Shown here in pieces: positions 1-9,797 of a stretch of 64,000 nt of DNA; positions within the stretch are counted from its first letter, which is position 1, and every line of letters begins with the position of its first letter. The stretch covers positions 49,263 to 113,262 of the forward strand of contig JADGDU010000015.1 in NCBI GenBank assembly GCA_016744705.1, written 5' to 3'. Under the pieces are notes generated by a model. That model did not search any database. It had not been told where the DNA came from and saw only the letters and a program-made list of their open reading frames with translations. Both the position numbers and the translations under genes were made by a program. This DNA comes from Candidatus Krumholzibacteriia bacterium. GTDB taxonomy: Bacteria; Krumholzibacteriota; Krumholzibacteriia; LZORAL124-64-63.

Positions 1-1888
1 CACCCTTTTTCAATAAGTCCAGTCCAATTTCCATAACACCGCCATCGCGCTCCATGGCGTGAAAAGCGTTGGTGGCCAAGTTCATGATGATCTGATTGAT
101 TTGAGTCGGGTCGGCCATAATTCGGCCACAATCATTTGCAAAGAGGGAGCGAACCTCAATGGTCGAAGGGATGGTTGGAGTGAGCAAGTCCACGGCATCG
201 CGGGCGATGGTGTTGATATCCACTGAGTGTTGTTCCTGCTCTTCTCTGCGGGAGAACAGGAGGATGCGTTGGACCAGATCCTGACCCCGTCTAGCGGCTT
301 TTAATACCTTTTTCAAATCGTGTTCCATGGTTCCACCCGCAGGGGCCTCATCTTTGGCCAGGGCAGAAAAGCCCATGATAGCCTGCAGGATGTTGTTGAA
401 ATCGTGAGCAATACCACCGGCTAAGGCCCCGAGGGCTTCCATTTTCTGAGCTTGCCGAAGCTGAATTTCTCGTATCTCACTGGTGAGGTGGGATTGCAGG
501 ATGGGGGCCATATAGCTGGCCAACGATTCTACCAGGGAACGGTCGGAATCAAAAAAGCCCTGGGCTTTATTACCCAGCATAAAGATGCCGATGATATTTT
601 CCTGGCTGGTAATGGGCACCACCAGAGATGTTTGGAATTCAATGTCCAGGGGAGCCATCATATGGGGGCTGTCGATGATGATGCTGCCGTGGTCACGGGT
701 CACCGGGTCCAGAAAACCAGGGATTTCCTTGCTGGGTATGCGGAGGGTCTGTTGGAGGTTTTCATCGGTGCTGGTGGCCGGAAACACAGACCAAATCCTG
801 AGACTTTGATCTTCATCAATAGTACCCAGAAAGCCGCAGCTGGATTCAGTCCCTTTGATGACCGTCTCCAGCAATAACTGGTATTTTTTTGGGTCCTGAC
901 CTATGAGAAAAATCTCTGCAATACGATTGCGAATTTCCAGAGCCTGTTCTGCTTCTTTGCGCGCGGTGACATTGCGTTGTGACCCTGTCATGCGCTGGGG
1001 GCGGCCTTGCTCGTCCCGGGAAACAACCTGTCCACGATCCAGAACCCAGATGTAATGACCACTTTTGTGCCGCAGCCGAACTTCTGCTTCGTACTGGGGG
1101 CTGCCCCCGTGCAGATGGGCTTCCAGCAAGGCGTTGGCATTGGCGTGATCTTCGGGGTGGATAAGGAAAAGCCAGGTTGATTTATCCGTTTGCAATTCAT
1201 CCAAATCATAGCCGAGCATATTTGCCCAGGTTTTGCTGTAGACCATGCGGCCTTCGGTAATGTCCCAATCCCACACTCCATCTTGAGCGGCATCCAGAGC
1301 CAGCTGCAAACGCTCCCGACTAGCCATGAGCTCTTCACGGATGGCTACTTGGTCGCTGATATCCCGGAAGAAGGTGAGCATCGCTGTCTCACCTTTAAAG
1401 TCAATCGCCGTGGAGGAAATGCTCACTTGCCGTGCGCTATCGTCCAGCATGTTGACTTCGATTTCGGTTAATTCCGAAGGTTGGTGGGTGTTTAATACCT
1501 GATTTTGGCGTTGGGCAACCAGATCTACAAATTGTGGTTTTACGAAATTGAACAAGGAGGTCTTCTGAAAAGGTTTGATGTTTTCAATGCCAAAAAAATC
1601 CAGGGTGTTCTGGTTGGCAAAGAGGATTCGGTTGTGGCGATGAATGATGATGTTGTCGGGCGAAGTCTCCACCAGCGCAAGGTATTGTTTATCACTGCCG
1701 ATAAACCAGGTGGGTTTATGAAAAAAGCGCTGCCAAATGCCGTAACTAATTAAACTCCCTGTAGCCAGGAGGAGCGACCAGAGGAAACCAGAATGGCCCA
1801 CACGCCAGGCTTCCCAGGCAGAACTCACAGTCCAGGCCAGGAGGGGCAAAGTCAGAATCGCGAGTATGATGCCCAGGGTTTTCCGCAT
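1..1888 (-). CDS. Sensor histidine kinase (TM N-terminus, 2x PAS, GAF, HisKA, HATPase_c); C-terminus runs off the window start (partial)
   Basis: Reverse-complement translation starts at an ATG (complement of 1886-1888): MRKTLGIILAILTLPLLAW... It reads without stops to position 1. It contains the HisKA H-box 'GGIAHDFNNILQAIMGF' and the HATPase N-box 'IIMNLATNAFHAME'. The + strand ORFs at 452-1753 are short and unsupported. Confidence 0.8.
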   Translation of the reverse strand, partial: MRKTLGIILAILTLPLLAWTVSSAWEAWRVGHSGFLWSLLLATGSLISYGIWQRFFHKPTWFIGSDKQYLALVETSPDNIIIHRHNRILFANQNTLDFFGIENIKPFQKTSLFNFVKPQFVDLVAQRQNQVLNTHQPSELTEIEVNMLDDSARQVSISSTAIDFKGETAMLTFFRDISDQVAIREELMASRERLQLALDAAQDGVWDWDITEGRMVYSKTWANMLGYDLDELQTDKSTWLFLIHPEDHANANALLEAHLHGGSPQYEAEVRLRHKSGHYIWVLDRGQVVSRDEQGRPQRMTGSQRNVTARKEAEQALEIRNRIAEIFLIGQDPKKYQLLLETVIKGTESSCGFLGTIDEDQSLRIWSVFPATSTDENLQQTLRIPSKEIPGFLDPVTRDHGSIIIDSPHMMAPLDIEFQTSLVVPITSQENIIGIFMLGNKAQGFFDSDRSLVESLASYMAPILQSHLTSEIREIQLRQAQKMEALGALAGGIAHDFNNILQAIMGFSALAKDEAPAGGTMEHDLKKVLKAARRGQDLVQRILLFSRREEQEQHSVDINTIARDAVDLLTPTIPSTIEVRSLFANDCGRIMADPTQINQIIMNLATNAFHAMERDGGVMEIGLDLLKKG

Positions 1889-1991
1889 CAAAGCCTTTCA
1901 GCGGAGGCGAGTGTTTCTAATATGAAAGAATAGTAAATGGTCCGCGCAGATTGGTCAATAACCACCGTGCAGAAGAATTAGAAAAACTCCT

Positions 1992-3758
1992 TTGAAATTC
2001 GGGGTGTTTCCCCGCATACTGCGGCCCATGAGTTTACCACTGCCATCAGACAACCCTCTCTTCACTCTGGCCATTCTGCTGGCCTTTGGTGCCTTGTGTG
2101 GCCAGATGGCCAAACGCATCGGTCTGCCTTCAGTAACCGGTCAGATTCTGGCCGGCATTCTCCTGGGACCATCGGTTTTTCATGTTTTTGGACACGATGC
2201 TGCGGAAGGCCTGCGTCCCATTGTACATTTTGCTCTGGGGCTTATCGCTGTCGACGTAGGAACTCATCTGCATTTTCCCAAATTGCGCAATTCATTCAGT
2301 CGGCTGGGCATCTTACTTCTTCTGGAAATGACGCTGACTCCTCTGCTTGTTTATTCGGCTCTGGTTTTTGTGGGCCGGCAAGATTGGACCATCGGGGCCC
2401 TATTTGCTGCTCTGGCCATTGCCACAGCCCCTGCTACAGTGATGGCTATTGTTAAAGAGACTCGCAGCCGGGGGGTCTATGCCCGCACTTTGATAGCTGC
2501 TGTGGCCTTGAACAACATTGCCTGTATCACTTTGTTTGAAATGGCTTACTCGGCAGTGCGCGCCACCATGAACCCGGCCAATGAGGCCACCAGTGGTTCC
2601 GTTTTGATGGCTCCCTTGATCCAACTGGGGGGATCCATAATGGTGGGGGCTCTGGTGGGAGGGCTGCTGGTGCTTTTCACCCGCCATGTGATCAAGGTCG
2701 AGGCTTTGACCACTGTATCGATCATTGCCATTTTCCTAACCACGGGAATTGCCGATCTGCTGGGCTTCAGCCACCTGTTGGCCTGTTTGTTCCTGGGGGT
2801 GGCCATGGTCAACCTGGCGCCTGAAAAAGAGGAAATCGGCCACCGCGTTTTTGTGAATTTTGAGCCGGCAGTGCTGGCCATTTTCTTCACTTTGGCTGGG
2901 TTTGAACTGGATTTCGGTTTTCTGGCCCAGGGATGGCTCCTGGTGGCTTTGTTTGTGGTGGCCCGCATGTTTGGCAAAGTCTTTTCGGGTGTGCTGGCCA
3001 TGCGCATGGCCAAAGGAACCCAGAATGTGCGGCGATATTTGGGATTGGGTCTTATTCCCCAGGCTGGGGTGGCGGTGGGCCTGTTGCTGCAATTGGGTGA
3101 CGACCCGGTTTTTGCAGGTGTCAGTCAAATGATTCTGGCCGTCGGGGTTACTGCTGTGGCTATCAATGAGATCGTAGGACCCCTGACCACCCGGCTGGGG
3201 CTGCACAAGTCGGGCAATGCGGGCATGGACAGGGCCCGGCTCATCGATTTCATCCACGAAGAGAACATCCTCACCGATTTTCAGGCAGAGACTAAGGAGG
3301 AGGCCCTGCGGCAGCTCATTGATTTGATGGTTTCGAGCCATGGGGTGGAAATGGTCAAAAAGGACTTCCACAAGGAAGTGATGGATCGAGAGAACATCAT
3401 GTCCACCTGCTTGGGGCGGGGGCTTTCCATGCCCAGTGGCACCCTTGAGGGCGAAGACCAATTGGTGGGCGTCATGGCCATCAGTCGCCAGGGTTTGGGA
3501 TTCAAAACTCCCGACGGCCTTCCTATCCAGTGCATGGTTCTGATGGCGGCCACCCGGGATCAAATGTCTCGCTACCACGAAGCCCAGGCGGTATTAGCCC
3601 GCACTCTGACGGCCGACTGGAGCTTGCGTATTCAGCTCTATAATTCCCGCACTCCGGCTCACGTTTATGAGATTCTGCACGCCGAAGATTTTTCAGATTT
3701 TAATTATTTCCTGGATGCCGGGGTGGATAGCCAGGACAGCATGCCCAATCCCATTTAG
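1992..3758 (+). CDS. Cation:proton antiporter (CPA1/CPA2-type Na+/H+ or K+/H+ exchanger) with C-terminal PTS EIIA type-2 (PtsN-like) domain
   Basis: About 400 aa of multi-TM hydrophobic sequence typical of Na_H_Exchanger proteins. The C-terminal ~150 aa (LIDFIHEENILTDF...KEEALRQLIDLM...) resemble EIIA-Fru/Ntr. The TTG start is at 1992; an alternative ATG is at 2028. Confidence 0.7.
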   Translation: MKFGVFPRILRPMSLPLPSDNPLFTLAILLAFGALCGQMAKRIGLPSVTGQILAGILLGPSVFHVFGHDAAEGLRPIVHFALGLIAVDVGTHLHFPKLRNSFSRLGILLLLEMTLTPLLVYSALVFVGRQDWTIGALFAALAIATAPATVMAIVKETRSRGVYARTLIAAVALNNIACITLFEMAYSAVRATMNPANEATSGSVLMAPLIQLGGSIMVGALVGGLLVLFTRHVIKVEALTTVSIIAIFLTTGIADLLGFSHLLACLFLGVAMVNLAPEKEEIGHRVFVNFEPAVLAIFFTLAGFELDFGFLAQGWLLVALFVVARMFGKVFSGVLAMRMAKGTQNVRRYLGLGLIPQAGVAVGLLLQLGDDPVFAGVSQMILAVGVTAVAINEIVGPLTTRLGLHKSGNAGMDRARLIDFIHEENILTDFQAETKEEALRQLIDLMVSSHGVEMVKKDFHKEVMDRENIMSTCLGRGLSMPSGTLEGEDQLVGVMAISRQGLGFKTPDGLPIQCMVLMAATRDQMSRYHEAQAVLARTLTADWSLRIQLYNSRTPAHVYEILHAEDFSDFNYFLDAGVDSQDSMPNPI

Positions 3759-3777
3759 AGGGTCTGGCCAGCGCTGA

Positions 3778-4854
3778 ATGAATTCTGCTGATAGAATCAA
3801 ACTGAAACAAATCTCAGGCGAATCCGTTAGTGTCGAATCAATTGTCCTAATAACCACGGAAGGGCTTGCTATCAAATCGAATGGTTCAAATACCGACATC
3901 CGGGTGACGAATCTTAATTTCGCTTATCTGAAGGATCCGGTCCTCAAAAATGTGGATTTCACATTGAAACAGGGGGCTGTTGGGCTGTTGGGGCCTAATG
4001 GATCGGGAAAAACCACCTTACTGCGCTGTTTGCTGGGGCAGGTTCCTTTAAAGGCCGGTCAGGTGGAGGTTTTGGGGCTGGACATGGCTAAAAAGGCCCG
4101 TCTGGCCCGTGCTGGATTGGGCTGGATGCCCGAACGCGGCGGGATCATTCCCGGCATGAGCGGTGTGGGGCTGGTGGCCTACCTGGGACAACTGTCCGGA
4201 ATGCCGTCCCGGGATGCGATGCAAAGGGCCCACGAAGTGCTGCACTTTGTTGGACTGGCCGACGAACGCTACCGCCAATGCGACGACTATAGCCAGGGAA
4301 TGAAGCAGCGCCTCAAGCTGGCTCAGGCTTTGGTCCACGATCCCACCTGGCTCTTTTTGGATGAGCCCACCAGTGGCTTGGATCCCCGGGGCCGCGTAGC
4401 CATTCTGGAACTCATCCGTGACCTGGCCTGGAATAAAGGCCTGGGAGTTATCCTCTCCACGCACCTTCTGGCTGATGTGGAAACCGTGTGTAAAGAAATT
4501 CTGGTGTTGCGCGATGGCGAGTTGCTGGCCCGGGAAACAGTTGATTCGGTTGGGCATGCCCCGCTGCAGGTTTTTGAAGTTGAAGGTTTTGGAGATGAAG
4601 AAGCCTTCCTGGCCGGCCTGAAAAAACTGGGAGCCAGTGTCACTGTGGACAAACGTCTGTTGCTGGTGAAACTGGATATGAAGAAAATCACCGGCGCCAC
4701 TGCCGATCTTTCTGATAAATCGGTTCCTTTCCCCGCTGCCGCGGGGGTGGGCGCTATCCTCTCGGTGGCATCAGATTGCCAATACGGTTTGCGCCGTGTG
4801 CGCCGCCGTCCCGTTTCTCTTGCCGATGAATTTTACAAAATGGTGGAGGCCTGA
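3778..4854 (+). CDS. ABC transporter ATP-binding protein
   Basis: Walker A 'GPNGSGKTT', signature 'YSQGMKQRL', Walker B 'LFLDEPTSGLD'. Confidence 0.85.
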   Translation: MNSADRIKLKQISGESVSVESIVLITTEGLAIKSNGSNTDIRVTNLNFAYLKDPVLKNVDFTLKQGAVGLLGPNGSGKTTLLRCLLGQVPLKAGQVEVLGLDMAKKARLARAGLGWMPERGGIIPGMSGVGLVAYLGQLSGMPSRDAMQRAHEVLHFVGLADERYRQCDDYSQGMKQRLKLAQALVHDPTWLFLDEPTSGLDPRGRVAILELIRDLAWNKGLGVILSTHLLADVETVCKEILVLRDGELLARETVDSVGHAPLQVFEVEGFGDEEAFLAGLKKLGASVTVDKRLLLVKLDMKKITGATADLSDKSVPFPAAAGVGAILSVASDCQYGLRRVRRRPVSLADEFYKMVEA

Positions 4855-4858
4855 TTTC

Positions 4859-5713
4859 ATGCCAGTTTACGATAGAGGATACACCCATTGGGAACCATCA
4901 CCGGAGCGGGCCTGGCCTGCCTGGTGGGTCATCGCCCGGCGCGGCATTGCTCAGCCTCTGAAGAGCCGCTGGATGTTGTTTCTGATCATTGGTTCCTGGA
5001 TGCCTGCTGTGGTTAAGGCCGTCATGATTTATTTCACGCTAAAAGCTGGTGAGTTGCTGGATATCTTATCCGGTGGCTGGTCCAGCATCGATGCTGAGGG
5101 GTTCCTGTCCTTTCTGGAAGGGCAACGTTTTCCCGTATTCGTGCTTCTGGCCATCATTGGTGCCGGCTTGATTGCCTCCGACCGCCGGGATAATGGACTA
5201 TCTCTATACTTTAGTCGCCCCTTGGGATTGAAATCCTACGTGGGCGGCAAAAGCATCATCATCATGTTCTATTACTTCCTGGTGACGCTATTTCCAACCT
5301 ATGCTTTGTGCCTCTTTTCCTATCTGATTGCCCCGGAAGCCGGAGCTACAGACCTGCTCTTTCTGATTCCCCTGCGGGCCACGGTTTTCTGTGTGCTGAC
5401 AGGTCTGAGTCTGAGTTTGATTCTGTTGGCATTTTCGTCCTTGGGCAACCGCTCCATTTTTGTGATGGTTTGGTGGGCCATTTTGATCACCGGCAGTGAA
5501 GCCATGCACCTGATTGTGCGTGGCCTGGGACAAAACAATCTTGAAGTGATCAATTTTCTGGGAAACTACCACAATGCCGGAGCCGTTCTCTTTTCCGCTG
5601 AACAACGCATGGGAGTGAGCAGCTGGGCTAGCCTGGCTGTGGTTCTTCTGTGGACAGCAGCGGCCATGTTCATTCTGCACCGACAGATCCGTCCGGTGGA
5701 GGTGGTCTCATGA
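4859..5713 (+). CDS. ABC-2 type transporter permease (membrane protein)
   Basis: Follows the ABC ATPase. An ATG at 4859 lies 4 nt after the upstream stop. The product is a multi-TM hydrophobic protein. Its stop overlaps the next ATPase start (ATGA at 5710-5713). Confidence 0.55.
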   Translation: MPVYDRGYTHWEPSPERAWPAWWVIARRGIAQPLKSRWMLFLIIGSWMPAVVKAVMIYFTLKAGELLDILSGGWSSIDAEGFLSFLEGQRFPVFVLLAIIGAGLIASDRRDNGLSLYFSRPLGLKSYVGGKSIIIMFYYFLVTLFPTYALCLFSYLIAPEAGATDLLFLIPLRATVFCVLTGLSLSLILLAFSSLGNRSIFVMVWWAILITGSEAMHLIVRGLGQNNLEVINFLGNYHNAGAVLFSAEQRMGVSSWASLAVVLLWTAAAMFILHRQIRPVEVVS

Positions 5714-6660
5714 CAGACGTCAAAGTAGGCCGCGACCAAGTGCGCATTTCTGCCGACAAGGTGGGCAAATGGTTTGGCGAAGTCATCGCCGTCAACAATT
5801 GCTCTCTCAGTGTGGGAGCTGGGGTGGTGGGCCTGCTGGGTGCCAACGGCGCTGGCAAGAGTACCCTTTTCAAAATGCTGGCCGGTTTGATTGAACCCAG
5901 CCACGGGCGCGTCATGGTTCATGACCGCCGTCTGCGAGACGAGGTGGGATGGTTCCGCCAGGTGGGGTTTTGTCCCGAGAGCGATGCTTTGCCTGAATGG
6001 ATGACTGGCCAGGAGTTTCTCAGTCTGAGTCTGCGTCTCATGGGATTTGGCAAAGCGGAAGTGGATCAAAGAGTCAAATACTGGCTGGCTCGGTTTGAAT
6101 TGAGCGATGCCGCCGGCCGCCGCCTCGGTGGTTATAGCAAAGGCATGCGCCAGAAGGTCAAGTTGGCCCAGGCGTTGGCTCATGATCCAGAAGTCATCTT
6201 TCTGGATGAGCCCCTCAACGGTATGGATCCGGTATCCCGAAAGCACACCATTGACTTGGTGCGTGAGTTGGGTGTCTCAGGTCGCACAGTACTGGTTTCC
6301 AGTCACATTCTGCCAGAGGTGGAATCCATGACCAGTGACATCATTCTCATTGACCGGGGCAAGGTCCTGGCCGAGGGCAGTGTCACCGAAATCCGGGATA
6401 AGATCAGCGATCATCCCACCACTGTGGCCCTGGTGTCAGACACGGCCCGGGAGCTGGCGGGGTTCTTAATCAGCCGGCCTCATGTGGTCAGCGTGGAGTT
6501 GGAAGATGAAACGCGAGTGGTGGTGCGCACCGACCATGCCATGGATTTTTATAGGGCCCTGCCCCAGTGGATTTTGGAAAATAACCTGACCGTAGAAGAA
6601 ATCATCACCCTGGACGATAGCCTCGAAGCTGTCTTCCAGTACCTGACAGAGAATGGATGA
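5710..6660 (+). CDS. ABC transporter ATP-binding protein (second ATPase of the operon)
   Basis: Walker A 'GANGAGKST', signature 'YSKGMRQKV', Walker B 'IFLDEPLNGMD'. The start at ATG 5710 (MTDVKVG...) overlaps the upstream stop. Confidence 0.85.
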   Translation: MTDVKVGRDQVRISADKVGKWFGEVIAVNNCSLSVGAGVVGLLGANGAGKSTLFKMLAGLIEPSHGRVMVHDRRLRDEVGWFRQVGFCPESDALPEWMTGQEFLSLSLRLMGFGKAEVDQRVKYWLARFELSDAAGRRLGGYSKGMRQKVKLAQALAHDPEVIFLDEPLNGMDPVSRKHTIDLVRELGVSGRTVLVSSHILPEVESMTSDIILIDRGKVLAEGSVTEIRDKISDHPTTVALVSDTARELAGFLISRPHVVSVELEDETRVVVRTDHAMDFYRALPQWILENNLTVEEIITLDDSLEAVFQYLTENG

Positions 6661-7534
6661 GGACCGCACAATGAGTGAAACTCTGGACTATCAGCCTCAG
6701 CCCATAGAAGTAAACCAGAAGCCCAAGCCGCTGCCCAGTGTGGGTGCCGTGTCCTGGATCGCCTGGTTTTCCCTGCGGGAGATGTCCCGCCGCCGGCGCC
6801 TGCTCAGTTTGGGTGCCATCAATTTGTTACCGGTCCTGGTGGTTCTGGCCATCCGGATTTGGTTTGCCGATCAGGGCATCAGCGCTCAGCTTCAGCTCAG
6901 CAGTTTGACCCAACAGGTGATCATCCCATTCCTCATACCCATTGTGGCTATGGCTGTGGGCGTGAGCGCCATTGGCGAACAGGTGGAAGAAGGAACGATC
7001 GTTTATCTGTGGACCCGCCCCGTGCGCCGCCGGGCCATTTATCTGGGACGCCTGCTGGCCGCTCAGGCTGTCAGCAGTTTGCTACTCTGTGCTTCGCTGG
7101 TATTGTGTTTTTTGGTCATGATCAGCGAAGGCTTCGGCGTCATCGACTGGGCTTTCCTGAAATTGTACATGGTGACCTTTTTCATCATTGTGCTGGGCAC
7201 GTTCAGTTACAGTGCCGTGTTTGCGGCCATGGGCACTTTCTTTCGCAAGCCCGTGCTGCCTGCCATCCTGTTTGCCTTTGGCTGGGAATCCATGGTCAGC
7301 AGCATCCCGGCCCGGGTCCAGGAATTGAGCCTGCGTTTCCACTTGCAGAATATCGTTGAAATTCCCAAAGTGATTCCGGATGACCTGGACGGTGTGTTAG
7401 GCGCGTTGTTGTCCACGGCCTTCCAAAGGGATCCGGTGCCCAAAGTGCAATCGGTGGCCGTGCTTCTTTTGGTGATGTTGGTTTTCACGGCTTTGGGAAT
7501 CTGGTTGCTGCGAATCAAAGAGATTGAAAAATAA
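6653..7534 (+). CDS. ABC-2 type transporter permease (membrane protein)
   Basis: Hydrophobic multi-TM protein at the end of the ATPase-permease-ATPase-permease operon. The alternative ATG at 6671 (MSETL...) is probably the real start. Confidence 0.55.
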   Translation: MDEDRTMSETLDYQPQPIEVNQKPKPLPSVGAVSWIAWFSLREMSRRRRLLSLGAINLLPVLVVLAIRIWFADQGISAQLQLSSLTQQVIIPFLIPIVAMAVGVSAIGEQVEEGTIVYLWTRPVRRRAIYLGRLLAAQAVSSLLLCASLVLCFLVMISEGFGVIDWAFLKLYMVTFFIIVLGTFSYSAVFAAMGTFFRKPVLPAILFAFGWESMVSSIPARVQELSLRFHLQNIVEIPKVIPDDLDGVLGALLSTAFQRDPVPKVQSVAVLLLVMLVFTALGIWLLRIKEIEK

Positions 7535-7544
7535 AACTGTTATT

Positions 7545-7573
7545 GGCTCCCTGAATTAAGGGAGCCTTTTTTT
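7545..7573 (+). terminator. Rho-independent terminator after the ABC operon
   Basis: ggctccct-gaattaa-gggagcc followed by ttttttt. Confidence 0.6.
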
Positions 7574-7991
7574 ACATAGTCCTGAATGTCTGACACTACG
7601 CCCTGCCCTCCCAGCAATCAGAGGTGAACAGGGAGCCCGGAAGCCGCACAGAGCGTATCTCACGGTAGTCTGATTTATCCCCACGGCAGCAGATATCAGT
7701 TGTGGCCAGCACAGGGAAAGCTCAATACCTCAATTTGACCAACCTATAGGGCGACATCCTCCAATTGGAATTAAGTGTGCATTTTCCGAAACTAAGGGAA
7801 AGGTATTCCGTATAAGCCCCCTGTTGACGATGCTAGGGGGAAGCATTAGCTTGCATAAGTGAAAATTCCCAATCGTTCAGGTGCTGCTTTTGGCAGTGCC
7901 TATATTTTTTTGATTCCGGTACCCCAAGGGGGCGGGACCGGATACTTGTGATGTTTCGGTGTATTCCGGAATACCAACCATGGAGGCTTCA

Positions 7992-9743
7992 ATGCCGATG
8001 AATAAGCGACTGCAGATTCTGTTAACCACAATGGCCATGTTGGTGGTTTTTATTGGTGGGGCCAGTGCCCAAACTTATCTTGATTTGGAAGACCAGATCC
8101 AGGAATTCACCTTGGACAATGGTGTGCATTTCATCGTCCTGGAAAACCATGACGTGCCTGTCTTTTCGTTCCGGACTTTCCTGAACGTGGGTAGCGCTAA
8201 TGAGGTCCGGGGCATCACTGGTCTTTCTCACATCCTTGAGCACATGGCTTTCAAGGGGACCAATGAAGTGGGCGGCAACAACAAAAAAGCCGAACGCAAA
8301 GCTATGGAAATTGAAGACCAGGCGTTTGATGATTTCAAATATGCCCGTCTGGTCATTGTGCCGCGCATTGAAGCGGCCCAGATTAAATTGGACCGCATGA
8401 CCCGTGCCTTGCCTGCCGATCGTCAGGAATATTTTGGTGAGGTGGCCAGCAGCATGCATGGCGCCGGTGCTGAAATTGCCGTGCAGGATGGACAGGTCAT
8501 CATCGCCCACAACATGGGCACAGAAGAAGAGAAAATTGACAACTTCGACTTGAATGCCAATGAGCTCGAGTTGGTCAACTTTTACACCAGCGAAATCAAG
8601 CCTCTGGAAGATGAATTTGCTGCCCGCGACCTGGCTTTTGAAAACGCCAAGGACGCCGCTCGCGAGTTTGTTGTGACCAATGAATTTGGTCAGATTATTG
8701 AGGAAAATGGTGGCAACGGCCTGAACGCTTATACCAGCACTGACGTGACTGTGTACCACTACAACTTCCCCAGCAATCGCCTGGAGTTGTGGGCCTACCT
8801 TGAGGGTGGCCGCATGTCCGACCCCGTATTCCGTGAGTTCTACACCGAAAAAGACGGACCGGTTACCGAAGAGCGCCGCATGCGCACCGACAACAGCCCC
8901 ATGGGCCGTTTGCTGGAAGTCTTCCAGAACCAGATGTTCATGGCCAATGGGTACCACCATTCGACCATCGGCTACATGTCTGATATCCAGAATATCAGCC
9001 GGGACGACTGCAAAGATTACTTCGAAAAGTATTACAATGGTAGCAACATGGTTGTCACCTTGGTGGGCGATATCTACCTGGACGACGTGAAGAAATACGC
9101 TGAAAAATACTTCGGCGATATTCCTGCCGGTGAGCGCACCATGATCGAAACTTTCGAGCCTGCCCAGGTTGTGGAAAAACGGATCGTCATGACTGATCCT
9201 GCCCAGCCTCTGTTTGCTGCTGGTTATCACATTGAAAACGGCATGCATCCTGATTGGCCTGTTTACGAAGTGATCGCAGATGTTCTGGGTCAGGGCCGCA
9301 CCAGCCGCCTGAACAAGAACCTGGTCAAAGACCAGAAGATTGCGGTGGCTGCTCAGAGTTTTGCCGGCTATCCCGGAAGCAAATACCAGACGGCTCTGTT
9401 GGTGTTCGCCATGCCTGTTAAGGGCAAGACCGGTTACGACATGGAAGAGGCCATCTACGCGGAAATCGATAAAATCGTCGCCGAAGGCATCACCGCTGAG
9501 GAACTGGCAGCGGTCAAGCAACGCACCCGTGCCAACTTCATCCGCGGCCTGCAGGGTAACAGTGGTATGGCCGGGCAATTGGCTTCCTACCAAACCTACA
9601 GTGGCGACTGGCGCAGCCTGTTTAGCCAGGTTGAGGAAATCGAAAGCGTGACCCTGGAAGACGTGAAACGGGTGGCTGGCGAAGTATTTGTCAAAACCAA
9701 CCGCACAGTGGCCATTATCGAAACTGAAGAAGACGATTCCTAA
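7992..9743 (+). CDS. M16 family zinc metallopeptidase (insulinase/pitrilysin-like), active subunit, secreted
   Basis: Inverted zinc-binding motif HxxEH in 'SHILEHMAFKGT'. The N-terminal signal peptide is MPMNKRLQILLTTMAMLVVFIGGASAQ. GGAGG lies 5 nt upstream of ATG 7992. Confidence 0.8.
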   Translation: MPMNKRLQILLTTMAMLVVFIGGASAQTYLDLEDQIQEFTLDNGVHFIVLENHDVPVFSFRTFLNVGSANEVRGITGLSHILEHMAFKGTNEVGGNNKKAERKAMEIEDQAFDDFKYARLVIVPRIEAAQIKLDRMTRALPADRQEYFGEVASSMHGAGAEIAVQDGQVIIAHNMGTEEEKIDNFDLNANELELVNFYTSEIKPLEDEFAARDLAFENAKDAAREFVVTNEFGQIIEENGGNGLNAYTSTDVTVYHYNFPSNRLELWAYLEGGRMSDPVFREFYTEKDGPVTEERRMRTDNSPMGRLLEVFQNQMFMANGYHHSTIGYMSDIQNISRDDCKDYFEKYYNGSNMVVTLVGDIYLDDVKKYAEKYFGDIPAGERTMIETFEPAQVVEKRIVMTDPAQPLFAAGYHIENGMHPDWPVYEVIADVLGQGRTSRLNKNLVKDQKIAVAAQSFAGYPGSKYQTALLVFAMPVKGKTGYDMEEAIYAEIDKIVAEGITAEELAAVKQRTRANFIRGLQGNSGMAGQLASYQTYSGDWRSLFSQVEEIESVTLEDVKRVAGEVFVKTNRTVAIIETEEDDS

Positions 9744-9797
9744 GCCGGAACACCACGCCCGTCCCGGCTATGGGACCGGCTTTGAAAGGGATACAAA

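Noticed and set aside
452-1753. Several + strand ORFs of 60-140 aa within the first 1.9 kb
   Set aside because: They lie opposite a continuous minus-strand PAS/GAF histidine-kinase reading frame with clear H-box and ATPase motifs. They have no RBS context and no recognisable motifs.
7540-7958. 420-bp intergenic region upstream of the M16 gene with short partial repeats (gtattccgg...)
   Set aside because: The repeats are short and imperfect. No convincing promoter or structured element could be defined by eye.
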